A stretch of 63,792 nt of DNA, the filler included, from Reticulomyxa filosa (taxonomy: Eukaryota > Protista > Foraminifera), in NCBI GenBank assembly GCA_000512085.1. It is 23 parts of 23 records of this genome, joined end to end, with 100 filler letters (N's around TTAATTAATTAA, not from the genome) between each part and the next. Parts side by side here need not be neighbours in the genome. Positions count along the whole stretch, not along the records: positions 60,028 to 62,029 come from ASPP01010067.1; positions 62,130 to 63,792 come from ASPP01001971.1; 21 more parts are not named here. One strand, written 5' to 3'. The translations under genes and the position numbers were made by a program. The notes beneath the pieces are model-generated. The model searched no databases. It had not been told where the DNA came from and saw only the letters and a program-made list of their open reading frames with translations. Below are positions 61,991-63,792 of this stretch, piece by piece (position 1 is the first letter of the stretch; the number at the start of each line of letters is the position of its first letter).

Positions 61991-63792
61991 TTTTTAAATA
62001 ATGCTTTTTTTTTTTTTTTTTTTTTTTTTNNNNNNNNNNNNNNNNNNNNNNNNNNNNNNNNNNNNNNNNNNNNTTAATTAATTAANNNNNNNNNNNNNNN
62101 NNNNNNNNNNNNNNNNNNNNNNNNNNNNNCAAGTAGCAGCAAATTGCACTATGACACTGATAAAACGTAGTGTTAGATCACGTACTAAGTCAAACGTGTT
62201 CAATGATATCATATAATTGAAACATGTATGTAACGTAACTGAAGGATCCTTTTATCGTTGTTGATATAAAGTAAATATTTTGCACAAAACATATGCAATG
62301 AAAATAAATAAATTGTTTTAGAAGAAAATATTTAAATTAAAAAATATTTTATTAGAAATTAGATGAAAATTCAAAAATATTTATTTTGAAAAAAATTTTG
62401 TGTTTATATTTTTTATAAAATGTCCCATTTATTATTTACAAGTATAAAATTTGTTCATTCAGAAGCAAGATAAAATTTTGACTAATTATTATACTTAAAA
62501 TCAGTCTTCAATATTTTGTACTATTCAGTTCAATGTAATTTCATAACATAAAATTACATTAAATATTTTATCATATTCGGCAAGCATTTGCTTTCTGACA
62601 TTGTAACGACGTCTATTTCAATAATAAATATCAAATTTCAAAATATATTTATGTTTAATTTATGTAATAATATAGCGTGTTTGTTATTGTAATTCATTTT
62701 AATCTTTTATCTTTTTTCATAAAAAAAAATTAACATTTCATAAAATAAAAAAAAATTTACACGACGTTTCGCAAGCAAAGATTCAAATTTTTTTTCACTC
62801 ACATATTGACCATAATAATATTCCAACTCAACAAATACAACGACATTATTAGTGATTTGTCAAAGACAACTGAATGACTGTCTGAACCACTATATAAAAA
62901 GATTTTAGATACAAAATTCATTCAGACAAAATCAAAAGCTCACTTTAAAAACAAAAAAAAATAGAAATATTTGGCTTTTATTGTGGATACTCAATATAAA
63001 ACTTAACAAAGTGATTGTTTTTACATAAATAGGATTTGATGTAACAATGTTCAAAACATTTTTACTTCTCTGTTTGCGTCTTCATTAAATTTGATAAATT
63101 TAGTAAACATAAAAATTATTTTGTACTACATATTTTTTGTTAAGTGAAATCTTCATTTTACTTTTTTTTTTTTTGAGCAAAGAAAGTGCTTTGTATGCAA
63201 AATTGGAATTGATGATGAAACATTTCATTTTACTTTTGAATGATCAAAAAGTCAACAAAGTGAGTTGATGTGTTTGACTTTCTAGCACAATTGATCACAC
63301 TGTTAATTTAATGGTAATGGGTTTATCAAAAAAGCCTTATTACAATTGTTGAGAGGAAATTTTTAAAAATATGATAATGGAACACATATCCACATGTTAA
63401 ATGTTTTTTTTTATTAGCTACTTCTATCTGTATCCCTAGCTTGTTCGCGAAAATGTGTTAACAATTATTCGTGTGTTAACTGCAGTGATCAAAACATAGT
63501 TGGAGTTGTAATGAGGTTGGGGCAATAACATCTTCTGAATCGATACTTCGATCGTGGTATTAACAGCAAACTGTACGACCCACTCCCATGTACACTTCAC
63601 AAAGAAGAGGGCTATATTCTTTGAAACGTAACATACACTGTAGCACCAAGCCTGGTTTATACCTGGAGAGGAATCTCTAGCCTTTTTTTTTAATTATTTC
63701 AATAACGGACTGCTTTCGTTTTCTCTTGGTGTGACAACTTGGTTCACTTTTTTTTTTTAAGACCCTTTACGAAATAACAATCTTGTGATTAG

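Noticed and set aside
62130-63792. GC-richer patch near 63420-63720 as an RNA gene or element end
   Set aside because: No tRNA, rRNA or snRNA signature and no ORF recognised.

Overview
This window is not a contiguous locus. It is 23 short contigs joined by 22 identical artificial 100-nt spacers (44 N + TTAATTAATTAA + 44 N), so adjacency across a spacer means nothing. Most contigs come from an AT-rich, intron-containing protist genome read in the standard code. The WD40 signature 'NDIGVIGGNGYTICSGS' and the gene content point to the foraminiferan Reticulomyxa filosa or a relative (inference). Recognisable, mostly partial genes: TM-RGS protein, CDPK-like kinase, EEP/sphingomyelinase-like enzyme, NBR1-like PB1+FW protein, Cys/His-rich giant-protein fragment, RanBP2-ZnF protein, TYW1, PH-domain protein, mitochondrial MCAT/FabD, ADAM-like metalloprotease with hemopexin repeats, sulfotransferase, WD40 family members, DCAF10-like, SUGP1-like, a >1,700-aa SecA-like helicase protein, MTAN-like protein, TFIIA large subunit and a Patched-like protein. 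Mobile DNA includes a rearranged LINE fossil, a TA-flanked Tc1 fossil with TIRs and two dispersed repeat families. One GC-rich contig (13430-14589) is bacterial: the 3' half of a class C group II intron next to a convergent galU. Single-base homopolymer indels break many genes and look like sequencing errors. The best leads for new biology are the giant SecA-like ATPase, a decayed gene joining a RelA/SpoT-like domain to a NACHT-associated motif, the ADAM-hemopexin chimera, and a SUGP1 lacking its G-patch in a genome with purine-rich 3' splice sites. All family calls come from manual motif recognition; no database searches were run.
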